A stretch of 55,598 nucleotides of DNA, counting the filler, from Sphacelaria rigidula (lineage: Eukaryota): NCBI GenBank assembly GCA_964200075.2. It is 5 parts of 5 records of this genome, joined end to end, with 100 filler letters (N's around TTAATTAATTAA, not from the genome) between each part and the next. Parts side by side here need not be neighbours in the genome. Positions count along the whole stretch, not along the records: positions 11,142 to 22,182 come from CAXNAA020005491.1; positions 22,283 to 33,321 come from CAXNAA020005492.1; 3 more parts are not named here. The stretch is one strand, 5' to 3'. Each line of letters starts with the position of its first letter. The first letter of the stretch is position 1. Positions 12,110-23,252 of this stretch are shown piece by piece. A program made the translations under genes and the position numbers. The notes under the pieces were generated by a model. The model did not search any database, was not told where the DNA came from, and worked only from the letters and a program-made list of their open reading frames with translations.

Positions 12110-15100
12110 CCGTGGGCGATGACGTGTTCGCGGTTCGCTGGATCGTTGCTGAGAAGAGCTAGAATTGCCACCACCAGATCTTGAGCAGATCTGCGAGTCA
12201 GTATACGGATAAGAACAGTGCATGAAGTGATACGAGCGCATGGAATGGATGGAATGGATGGAATGGATGGAATGGATGAAGTGGAGCATGTAGATGGAAT
12301 GGCTGAGGTGCATGAGGCGGATGAAATGGATGAAGTGGATGGGGGTAGATGAAGTGGATGAAGTGAATGATATGGATAGGGTGGATGGCATGAATGAAGG
12401 GGATGGAGGTGATGGAGTGTGTGAAACTGATGGACTGGATGGAAAGGATGAAATGGAAAACATAGATGAAATAGATGAGATGGATGAAATGCATGAAGCG
12501 GATGATATGGGCGAAACGAAACTGGCGAAAAGTTCATTAACTTCACACACGTTGGTTATATTCAGATCAGAAAAGCGCAGTACAGCACCGATCGTCCGGT
12601 AGGCACACAAGCACTCTCCGCAGTCCCCCCACCCTCCCCGCCAATCACTGTCCTGTCACAAGAAGTCACGATATCTCCATTTCTGCGGCCACTTGGACTG
12701 CGGAAAGGCGTACTCGTAGAGGATCACTCTATCGTTGGCATGTATTTCACGCATTAAAAAAAAAAGAAGGCGATTGCCATCAGATCCAACAAATGGACCA
12801 CTCATCTTCACCACTTCAAGAAAATGGTTAAAATGGTGGCATCAAGGAAAGGGCACAGCGGTACTTGTTGGAAGACCAACAAACTTGAAAACTTGAAGGA
12901 CAAACAAAACAAAACAAAACAAGCGTTCAACGGTGACCTTATTACTATTACTGCTTCTACCCCTCCTCCTCCTCCTCCTCCTCCTCCTACAACTACCACT
13001 CTTCCTCCTCCTACTACTCACTATACAGAGACGAAATATACCGTTTTTTCCGCCATTCAACATTTCTTCCTTCGTTCTTCCCGTTCCTATTTTATGTAAA
13101 AAGAACGCATCTTGTCTTTTCACGCCCTCACATGAGCACATAGCTATTCATAGCGGTAACAGATGATGGGTACCTGACACCGGCGAGCTTCTCGAGCGCA
13201 GGCAAGACCCCCGTCTTTCCCACTCCGACTAAATCCTGCCGCAACATGGGGCACTCAACCGCCGCCCCCGCCAGATTGTACACCACAACGGCGCAGTCGT
13301 ACAGGGCACCAGCACCAGCACCAGCATCAGAAGTAGCATCAGCCCCGGCATCACCTTCTGCTGCCGAAGATGTCCTCGTCGTCGTCGCAGCGTCCACTAG
13401 TCTTTTAACCAGGCTGCCGGCCCCCTGCTCGGCCACGAGCTGCGCCATTCGCGAGGCTTCTTCTTGTGCTGTGCTGCTTGCCGTCAGGCCTGTTCATCGT
13501 GATTCGGATTTAGATTTTGTGTTCAATTGTGCGTGTGTTTTCTGATTTTTGGGCGGGCGGGTGTAATCTGATTCTGTGTGTGTTACGGGGGAAGGAAGTG
13601 TACTCATGTGTTGCCTGTCTTGATTCGTTTGACTATTAACCACAGATCTCTTTCCGGATGGAGCACCGTTTCTACTCCTAACAAAAGCACCTCTATTGGG
13701 CGCTCATAACATCCCTTCCATGTGTTACACAAAACCTTTTACATATCTCATTCCCTTCCTGTTTCGCCGTCTATGGCCACAGTATAGCGATCGCCTTTTC
13801 GTTGTTTCGCGTCACCTTCGTTTGCTTTTCCGCAGTTCCCCTTGAACACCAACACTTCCCATTCCTTACCGTCTAGTTTACGTTCTGCCACTGTATGCGT
13901 TATACTCTCTATTGCTTTGCCACAGGGACAATTCTGTGCATCTATTTCCTCCTCCACCCAACTACTGGTATACCTCTTCCTTCTTTCTGGCAGGTCCAGG
14001 TCCTCCACCCGAAATCGCACCTTCAACGTTTTGTCGTAGTTTATTTGGCCGTGTAGATATGTTTCCATCCCTATCCCTTCTCTCAACCCCCCGTATAAAC
14101 TCAGGCGCTCTTTCTCGTCTAGTCTTTGTCTTAGCGCTTGCTTTGTCCTTATATCTATATTTTCGTTTACTTGTGTCTTGCACCCACCAAACTCACCCAT
14201 GAGCATTATCTCCTCTCGATTTCCTCCTATGCCCTTCCATACTTTCTCGACTACGCCACAGGCTGCCCTTTCGTCACTTTCTTCCTTACACCTCTATCAA
14301 TGACTGGCAAACTCCTGCTTGGCATGTTCTTTTACGTTATATTGCCATGCCAATTTCATCAGGTCTCTATTTGTTTTCAAGTGGGTACCTCCCCCATTCT
14401 ATTCTCAATACTGTATTACTTGTCGTTTTTCAGCTCCCAAGTATTTTCTCAGGTGCTTGTACTGTTTGCAGCTACTTCACCAACTTGGTGCTTCCTTCCC
14501 ATACTTCTCTTGCATATTCTAGCTTCGGTACAGTTCACATTAACCATAATATATATCTTGATCCCAGTATCGATGTGTGAGTATCTTGGGATCACATCTA
14601 TCATGCCTATTTGTGCCTTACCGTTTTCTGCTACTTTATCTGTGTGTACATTCCCACAATAGTCGTTTTGAGATCTCTATAGCAAGGTACGTATACTGGC
14701 CTACAATCGGTGGTTCATCTTCTCTCCACTTCCATTTTCATTTGGCCGAGTTCTCTTAATCTTTGTTACATACAATTACCTCGCGATTTTTCACGTTCGC
14801 TCTTATATTCCGTTTCCTAGTGTATTCTACCGCCTTCCCTATTTGTTTCCCCAGTCCTTCTTGTGTTTCTGATACCCCCACGAAACCACCCACGAACATC
14901 GATGCAAACACCGCATCTTCCCGGATCTTGACTTCTTGCTTTGCTGCTTCTGATGCTGCTATCGTGTCATGAATAAATGCCTTGAATGAGGTACATGATG
15001 ACGCACATCCTTGTGCAACTCCTATGACCAAATCAACATATTTCAGTATTTCCCCATCTAGCATAATAGCACTTCTTGCACATTATGTATTTTTTTTCAC

Positions 15101-17932
15101 TATTCTCCACGTCTTTCCTCTGATTCCAGCTTCCCACATCTTTTTCTATAGCTCATTTCTCCATACTGTCTCATAGGCCTTCTGTACATCTCGAAAGAAA
15201 CAGTGCGTCGTTAGCCCCGGGTCTTTCCCACCTCGAATGATCTTACCAAATGCGTGAACATGATCTATGCAGCTACGGTTTGGTCTACACCCCGCTTGTC
15301 CCTCGCTGTTTTTTTTCCTCCTGAGTATTCCCCACTCTAACGTTCAGAGTCTTGCAAAACGTTTTCCCTGCGGTGCTTAGTGGCGTTATCCCTCTATAAT
15401 TCCCCGAACCAGCTTTTTCTCTTTTCTTGAAAAATTTCCCCACTACTCCTTCTCTCCACCTCTTGGGTGTGTACTCGTTTTCCCAGATGCAATTATGCAA
15501 CGTAACCATCATGATGATCATCCCCTCTCCCTCGTACTTCATAGATATTCATGATTTCGTCTGCCCTCGCTGTTTTTCTACTCTCGACTTTAGCCATATA
15601 CACACTCCTTCACTTCCCATTGTGTGAACTCTTCCTGCAATTCTTCTCAACTACTATCTTCTCGTTTTGATGCCTGTACGGTTGCCTGTACGGTTGCCTC
15701 TGCTCGCGCGTTGATTTCTTTCTCGGATTCCGTGTCGAACCTCTTGTTAGTTTTTGATGTTCCTAGCTTTTGTTAGTGCTGAACCATAATGGCACTTCTG
15801 TGTCTCCCTTCGAACTACTAATCATTTCAACGTTCTGTGTCCTTAGTGTGGCTATTCCCTTGTCTGCCTCCCCTGTCTGTTTGCTCGATATCCCTTTTAC
15901 CCCTTGGCACACTTGCTTCATCCCGCCATCAAAGCCTTCGTTTGTTTTATGAACGAATACATCTTATGCATATCCCCTTATTTTCTTTCTCTACCATCGT
16001 TTAACACCTATTTTCTAGCTTTAGCACACTTCTACAACCCTACTGTAGTTGTTGTCGGTGTTCATCTTGCGTGGTCCTCTTTCCTTACTCTTAGAGCCTC
16101 CTTCGCTTCCTCATCCCACCATTATACTGCCCTGCTGCATACAATAAGGTTCTTCCCTATGACTTTACTTGCTTAAGTCTTGACCAATCGCTCCCATCCT
16201 TCTGTCATCTTCGCTCCTACCCGATCCCTTGCTATGTCGGCATTGGCTGTATCTACGCTGTCCAACAGCTCGGAAAGCTGTACTGATTTTTTGGCAATCT
16301 TTGCTTGGATTTCTTGTTCGTTTTAATTTATTTAGAGTTTTATCTTATTTCCATTTGTATACCTTCCTACCCCGCCCATTTTCATGACTCTCGTCTCTCG
16401 GCTGTCTGTCCATATTAGGCAGTGATCCGCAGTTCCCACGTCCGCTGTGCATGCATGTAGTTCCATTTCCTTGCTATTCCCATACTCATCTACTACATAG
16501 TCAAGAATGGAGCTTTCTGTCTCTTTCTTTACATTTTTTAGTTCATGTTCATGCGTCCCTAGCTCTCGTGCTCTTACGTTCAGCGTGTTCATCTCGTTAT
16601 TCTCGAGGGACTTCAGCATATCTACCTCATTCGTGTTATACTTTGTTTCCCCGCATTGCCCAATGACATCATCCGGTTCATTTGCTTTTCCAATCCTTGC
16701 ATTAGAATTTCCCACTAACATTACTTTTGCTTGCCTTTATACCTCTATACATCTGCTGCTACCTCTCGAACTTCCTCTGTATACCGTTTACCCTGCTCTT
16801 CGATTCTGGAGGCATACGGATGTTCCCCACAAAAAAGTATTTTCGTTTTTCGCTCTCCTGGTATCCTTAAACAAAAATGCTCTCGGAATTTTGTGTCTTT
16901 GATCATTTGTGTAATGTCACACAGGCCTTCCTGGACTAAGAACCCTATTCCCCCCGCTCCTATTTTCGGGGTTCTGTCCCTTCCGCTTTTTGCCTATCCA
17001 TGCGTACTCTTCAACTTTGCATCCTATTTTCGCCCCCTCTTTCTGCCATGACTCTTGGAATCCCCTTACATCTAGGTTGCGCTCTCTTTTTCGTTCGGCT
17101 ATTTCCATTTATTTGAGCTCGTCCGTGACGAATCCACACACATTTCAACACCCTATCCTCAACTTCCATTTCGAATCATTATCCACTCTCCCTTTGTCTA
17201 TTGTCTTCTATCTCTCGCTTTTACTCTTACTTTTCCTTGCTTGACTTTCCTTTCCGTTTCCGGTTTGGTCCGTGTTTGTTTGCTTGGGCCCCTATATCCT
17301 CTCCTCTTCCCCTTCGGTGTATTTACTTGTTCCTGTTTCCCCACTCCTCCGTTTTACCCGAGGGCTACGTCTGAGACTCGTTGTTCCATTGGCTGAGTAT
17401 ATGCTCAGAAAATATTGACTGCTCCCTACCTTATTGTCGTTTGGAGCATGACCTGTGCGTATCGCGTGCACACGAGAAACTAAAGCAGCATCATTCCATT
17501 GGTCGGCCTACCTCCTGAGACTAAAGTGCCAGATTTTCCACGTGAACCTGCGACTCGCTACCGGTCCATCTCATAAGTTACAAAAGTGCGTCTTCCCAGG
17601 TATGTCATTGATAATGCCCACATGTGTGTATTCGAAGCAGCAATCATCTTCGTGTGTTTGTACATGCACCATGAACTGACCGTCGGACGGGCTAGCTACA
17701 GGACGGGGAAAGCCAACGAGTATTTTTTCAACTCGAAGAGAAACCTCATCGTATATGCATGCATGCATACATAAATATATACATACATGCATGCATACAT
17801 ACATACATACATACATACATACGTACATATATACATACATAATACATACATACTAACATAATACCTGCGATAGTAGCAATATCAGACAATAACAACAACG
17901 ATGATAACATCAATAATAAAGGTAGTAGAAGT

Positions 17933-17975
<43 letters not shown>

Positions 17976-18792
17976 GTAACACTAACAAGACGGCCCCAAT
18001 AGAAAGTCCTTTCTGGCTTACAGGAGCGACGCATCGACCAGTACTTCGCTCCCGTCGTGCAAGCAAAAAAAATCTCTCGAGCAAAACATATCTTCCCTAC
18101 TCGTAGTGTGATTCATTGATCGGTCGATCGGTTGGTTGGTTGATTGATTACTTGACTGCTTTATTGACTGCTTTATTGACTGCTTTATTGACTGGTTCAT
18201 GGATTTATCCTGCCGCGCTGCTTACGAAATACATTGATGTACTATACTGTACTGTACCCCGTTTTTTTGTGTCGCACTTTGAACCCCTCCCCTTCCTCGG
18301 GATGAGTCCGTGGTCTCAAGGGATCAACCCGTGTCTCGCCCCGTACACACCTTGCATTTTGGCCTCGCGGATTGGGTCATGACTGTCACCACTCCCGCAT
18401 CGCGTCCACTCTCGTAAAAACAAATTCAGTCGATTCCGTTTGTTTACTCACGTTCCACGCTCTTCACGGTGGAAATCATACATTACGTAGAAAAACTCGA
18501 ACGCATCGGGAATCGAACCCTCGTTCTCTCCACCCTAATGGCGACAGTCGGACCATTACACCGCCGGGGCGCGTTGGCTATGCAAATTGAACGTACATTC
18601 CACGGAAAAGACTCGCAAAGACAACAACGGCAACTCGACTACTGTAAAAGAAATACATGTAATCGTAGCACTAGTCGGCGTTGAGCAGATATCCTCACCA
18701 CTACTTGCCGCCCCGGTGCTGCTGACCGCGCAGCCGTCATCTCCGTCCACCGTCGTCCGCATTGGAGTCACCCTTGTCTTCGGCGATGTGAC
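12110..18792 (-). CDS. Three internal exons of a helical-repeat (ARM-like) protein, partial
   Basis: Exons 18792-18699 (VTSPKTRVTP...GAASS), 13489-13174 (GLTASSTAQEEASRMAQLVAEQGAGSLVKRLVD...ALYDCAVVVYNLAG...LRQDLVGVGKTGVLPALEKLAGVR) and 12190-12110 (SAQDLVVAILALLSNDPANREHVIAHG). All are GT-AG with matching phases (1, then 2). 'CAVVVYNLA...GVLPALEKL' and 'ILALLSNDPANREHVIAHG' are ARM-repeat-like. Confidence 0.7.
12235..12510. repeat. Degenerate low-complexity repeat (GGAATGGAT / GATGAA units), intronic
   Basis: tggaatggatggaatggatgg... and gatgaaatggatgaagtggat... Confidence 0.85.
12961..13020. repeat. (CCT)n/(CTA)n microsatellite
   Basis: cctcctcctcctcctcc...ctactactc. Confidence 0.85.
13587..17400 (-). 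mobile_element. Degenerate LINE with near-complete ORF2 (APE endonuclease - RT - C-terminal Cys/His motif), intronic
   Basis: APE fragments: LDVRGFQESWQKE...YAWIG, VGNSNARIG, ILDYVV, DVGTADHCLIWTD. RT fragments: PKRWREGVV..GNYRGITPLS, DVQKAYETVWR, GVAQGC, SMFVGGFVG (decayed FADD). C-terminal NCPCGKAIESITHTVAE. Many stops and frameshifts. The 3' end reads ...cacatgagtacacttccttccccc. Confidence 0.92.
17755..17850. repeat. (CATA)n microsatellite
   Basis: catacatacatac runs. Confidence 0.9.
17887..17987. repeat. (AAC)n microsatellite
   Basis: aacaacaac run, about 17933-17974. Confidence 0.9.
18262..18570 (-). mobile_element. tRNA-derived SINE, family A copy 1
   Basis: Minus strand begins GCCCCGGCGGTGTAATGGTCC (A box) ... 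GGGTTCGATTCCCG (B box). The body ends ...cgaggaaggggaggggttcaaagtgcgacacAAAAAAA. A homologous copy lies at 37520-37810. Confidence 0.75.
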
Positions 18793-18810
18793 CTGTTATA
18801 GGTACAAAAA

Positions 18811-19108
18811 ACAATGTTTTCGTGAGATTGAGAGTAGAGGATAAGATTGAGAGTGAAAAGCGGTCAATTAGGGAATGACCCGTTTCAGTTCCGAAATGCT
18901 CCTCCACGAGGCGGAATATGTTTCCTGTAGTAGCTTGCCACTGAGGCCCTTGATATCCCTGAGTAGGATACCGACGTGTAGCTGTAAGCACGCGTCAGTG
19001 ATGGGGGCAAAGAAAAGCACACACGGAATGAAAACTTGGCTACGTTAAAGCGAATGATCAAAGTCACTCTCAATCAGCGCTCTACTCTCAATCTCACGAA
19101 AATGTTGT
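18811..19108. mobile_element. MITE with about 45-bp terminal inverted repeats
   Basis: Left end acaatgttttcgtgagattgagagtagag..gattgagagtga; right end tcactctcaatc..ctctactctcaatctcacgaaaatgttgt. No coding capacity. Confidence 0.8.
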
Positions 19109-19929
19109 CAGAAGTACCTCACCTTGAAAAAAAACGCGATACTGCGAGGGAGAGAGGGTCACCCGGTCCTCAAGCGGAAGCGAAAATGCGAAGATTTCGG
19201 GGTGTCGCGAAAACGTTCGGCGAAAAACAACATACACACCGTATATACAGTATTCCTGGCACGTACATATATATTTTCAATTTGTTGGGTGCGTGATTCT
19301 ACGTAGGATAATCACTCTCCAGGCCACCCGAGCAAGGATTTGACACGAGTGAACCGATGAAGTGCGTTGTGTGGGAATGACCACTCGATGTATATTCCCG
19401 CGAAGTGAGGAACTTACAGGAACATGAGCAAAACGGTACCTCTCAACAACGGCATGCTCAGATCTCAAGCAAATTTGTGTTCGTCAACTCTGTTTCTCCC
19501 GTTTCGCCAGGGAACGGATGATCCTCTCTCCCAGGGTCACAAGAGATGAGCTAGACTAGAGCAATGATGAAAAATGCAAGCAAAGGCTACCAATGTCAAA
19601 ACGCATCTTTCGCACCAGCGTTGTGTGTGTGTGTGTGTGTTCAAAGAAAAATAGCACACCCTGGATAATGACAATCTTTTACACGGTCAAAAAATATACT
19701 GCGTACGATATCGACTATTGCGTTTATTACAATAGAACCTATATTCAATACTGTACGTAGTACACTTTTGTAGTACACTTTCGGACAACGTAATCTATCG
19801 CCATCATTCAGGATGTGAAAAATATCGAAGACATACAAACTCTCACGTATACTTGCTCCCGTCTGATAGAAATACGCGACAAGAATGTGTATTACTGGAA
19901 AGAGAAGAATATGAAAACAGCTCGATAGC

Positions 19930-20175
19930 TGCCCTCCGAAGTGCGGGAATGGTGGAAGTAAACGAAGGTGGCCACGGGCGGCGGAAGACGAAAAGGAATA
20001 ATATATATATATACACATACATATTTGTGTGATGTATGGAAGAGACGTGATGGGTGCCCGAATGTTGGAGGTGTGTTTATCAGGAGTAAGAACGGCGCTC
20101 CGTCTAGAAAGGGATGCGTGATCAGTGATCAAGTGACTGAAGCAAGGAACGAATGAGTACGCCCCCGCCCCCCCT
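19930..20175 (+). mobile_element. 3' fragment of the same LINE family, ending in a C-rich tail
   Basis: LCDVWKRRDGCPNVGGVFIRSKNGAPSRKGCVISDQVTEARNE* matches the C-terminus of the 20176-22153 copy and ends tgagtacgcccccgccccccctc. Confidence 0.85.
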
Positions 20176-22153
20176 CACGAACGTTATGGTGAATGAATTT
20201 CTGAAGCATGGGGAGGAAGGAATGATTGCCATGATGGTTATGCTATGTAACTGGATATTGGAAAACGAGTACACGCCAAAGAGGTGGAGAGAAGGAGTAG
20301 TTGTCAATGGTTCCAAAAAAAGAGACAAGGCTGACTCAGGGAACTATAGAGGGACAACGCTATTCAACACGATAGAGAAAACGTTCTGTAAGATTCTGAA
20401 TGATGGAGTAGGAATGATGCTAGAAAAGGACGAGAATATCAGCGAGGGAGAAGCAGGATTTACACCAAACGGTAGTTGCGTAGATCATGTGTGCACACCA
20501 GGTAATATTATTCAAGGTAGGAAAGACGCCGGGTTGACAACGTACTGTTCCTTTCTGGACGTGCAAAAAGCCTATGACACAGTATGGAGAAATGGGCTGT
20601 GGAAAAAGTTGTGGGAAACTGGGATCAGAGGAAAGATGTGGAGAATAGTAAAGAAGATGACAGAATGTGCCGAAAGTGCCATGATGCTAGACGGAGGAAT
20701 ATCCAAATATTTTTATATTCTACGAGGGGTTGCACAAGGGTGTACGTTATCACCCACTTTATTCAAGGCATTCGTTAATGACTTGATAATAGCAATAGAT
20801 GCAGCAAATCAAGGAGTCAAGGTGGGTGAAGATGCGATATCAGGATTGATGTTCACGGATGGTTTTGTGGGGATTTTAGAAACACCAGAAGGATTGCAAA
20901 AACAGATAGACAAGGCGCTAGAATACACCAGGAGATGGAGAGTGACAGCGGATGTTGACAATTGCGCGGTACTCGTCTGTGACGAAGATAAGAAAAACCC
21001 GGAGGAGTGGGGAGAAGAGGAACTGCCGATTGTAGACCAGTATACATACCTTGGCGTAGAGATCTCAAAACACTGTTATGGGGATGCACACATAAAAGGG
21101 TAAGGCATAGACGGGAAGGACGGACGTGATCCTCAGATATTCGCATCTAGACATTAGGATGAAGAGATCTAGCCTGATGAACGTGATCGTACCAAAGCTG
21201 GAATATGCGGGAAGAGTATGGGAGATGAAATTGGTGAAAAAGTTAGAAACAGTACAGATGGCAGCAGCTAAGAAGATACTTGGATGCTCGAAAACGACGA
21301 GTAATACAGCATTGAGCGCAGAGTTGGGACTGTACCCACTAAAAACAGAGACATGAGGACGTTGCGATGACAGTATAGCGTAAAGAACATGCAGAGACAG
21401 AGAGCCGTAGTCGATAAGGCTGTATGGAAGAAAATTACGATAGGGAAGGCTGGAATAAGGTGGGATATAGAAGTCGAGAAAGTATGTAAGGATATGAGAG
21501 GAAACTGAGACGAAGTACTGTCCATAGGTGAAGGCGCGGGGTACAAGACAAAAGTAAGAGACATGATATAAACAAGGGGAAAAGAAGCGCTCGGACGCAA
21601 AGTAGACGAGGAAGAACACCTAAAGATATGCGGGAGGTGGAGAGAGGGGATCGGGATGAAGACATATCTGCATGGCCTCATGGACGTGGCGAAAAAATGA
21701 AAATGCGATTTCGGGGTGGGGGACCTGGACCTACCAGAAAGAAGAAAAATACATCAGAGTAGTCGAGAGGAGGAGGAAGTAGATGCACAGAATTGCTCCG
21801 GTGACAAAGCAATAGAGGGTAGAACTCATATAGTGTCAGAATGTGAACTGTACAAGGAGGCACGGGACGTGCTAGAGGGGGAAATGCGGGACGTGAACGC
21901 AGGTGGCATGAAATCGTCTGATGCATTAGACAGTAGGGAGGGAACGATAGCTACACTAGGAGATAAATGGTGGCCACAGACGGCGAAACAGGACGGGGAT
22001 AGGATATGTACACGGTTTTTTTGTGACGTATGGAATAAACGTATTGAGCACCTGGATGTTGGAGGTGTCTGTAATAGGAGTAGGAGCGGTGCTCCTTCTC
22101 GCAAGGGATGCGTGGTCAATGATCACATGACGAAGACTAGCAATAAATGAGTA
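20176..22153 (+). mobile_element. 5'-truncated LINE: RT domain (pseudogenised) and C-terminus
   Basis: PKRWREGVVV..DSGNYRGTTL, EAGFTPNGSCVDH, FLDVQKAYDTVWR, GVAQGCTLSPTLF, LMFTDGFVG (catalytic FADD changed to FTDG), YTYLGV. Stop at 21103, then frameshifted continuation to GRTHIVSECE...KTSNK*. Confidence 0.93.
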
Positions 22154-22182
22154 CAATCATAGGGATGATTTCGAAATGATGT

Positions 22183-22282
22183 NNNNNNNNNNNNNNNNNN
22201 NNNNNNNNNNNNNNNNNNNNNNNNNNTTAATTAATTAANNNNNNNNNNNNNNNNNNNNNNNNNNNNNNNNNNNNNNNNNNNN
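22183..22282. other. Artificial contig linker
   Basis: Same N44-TTAATTAATTAA-N44 spacer. Confidence 0.97.
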
Positions 22283-22399
22283 AAGGCGAGCCTACGTCTG
22301 TGACCACGGGTTCGCGAGATCGGACTGATGTGCGGAAATAATGATAATAATGATAATGATAAAGTTGGCTCTATGGCTGAGAGATTCGTACGTGTTTGG

Positions 22400-22640
22400 T
22401 CCCATGTACGGCAAAGATGGCCATGCATGTACGGGGAAGAGGCCATCCACAGACAAAATGATGCATGAAAACAAAAGCACATGCACCGTCCCCCCCCAAG
22501 CATGGTAAACGGCTGCTGTACGGCTGTTGGTTGAAACCTTTTTTTCATATGTTCGGCATACATGGCCACGATGCAGTACGGAGAAGATGTCATCCACAGA
22601 ACAGAATGGTGTACGAAATAAAGAAACGCACGCACCGTCC
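22400..22640. repeat. Diverged direct duplication (about 145-bp period)
   Basis: atgtacggcaaagatggcc..gtacggggaagaggccatccacagacaaaatg..gcaccgtcc recurs as atgttcggcatacatggcc..gtacggagaagatgtcatccacagaacagaatg..gcaccgtcc. Confidence 0.65.
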
Positions 22641-22919
22641 TATCCACTCCTGCCAAGCACCCATGTCCTTCTAGCATTCATCTACGCGTCCATCTACGCT
22701 CAGAAAAAAAGCAAACAGCTTCTGAATACAGTCCTCGCAGGACTGTCCGTGGACGAGATATGGGAACAGAAAGCATAGGCAATGAACGGGTCGGTATGTT
22801 GTGCATTTTTGTGCATCATCGTCGGCAATGATCTTGGTTTTCTCGAGGCCAGCTGAACTACTATAGTATAGTAGTATAGTAGTATCAACTTACGGAAACA
22901 AAGGGCGGGCGTTACTTCG

Positions 22920-23252
22920 CACGCGGACATTTGGCTACCTCCAGAATTCCTCCAGGTGGGTAGACGTTTCGAGCCTCCAGAGGAATTAAACGCCTCCGGA
23001 GGGGTGCGCGGCCCGCCAGCCAGAGGAAATTTTTTGGTTTCCTCCGGAGGGATTAAACGCCTCCGGAGGCTTGTTTTTGCCTCTGGAGGGCCACGCATAC
23101 CCCCAAACTCCTCCGGGGGGTTGCGTGGCCCTCCGGATCGGTAGACTTTGGTTTCCTCCAGAGGGATTGAAGGCCTCCGGAGGCTTCCCCCTCCCCTGGA
23201 GGGCCGCGCATCCCTCCGGAGGCATTTTGGGGTGTAGCCAAATGGCCGCGTG
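22920..23252. mobile_element. MITE family B copy 1 (TIR CACGCGGCCATTTGGCTAC; internal CCTCCGGAGG palindrome array)
   Basis: Ends cacgcggacatttggctac / gtagccaaatggccgcgtg; about 10 internal cctc(c/t)(g/a)gagg units. A second copy lies at 47611-47957. Confidence 0.85.

Noticed and set aside
12098-12610. His-, Ser- or Asp/Glu-rich ORFs in several frames
   Set aside because: They are translations of a low-complexity GGAATGGAT/GATGAA repeat. Only 12110-12190 is a spliced exon.
20153-21103. Intact 316-aa reverse transcriptase gene
   Set aside because: The start comes from the tail of an upstream LINE fragment, the catalytic DD is mutated (FTDG) and ORF2 is broken downstream.
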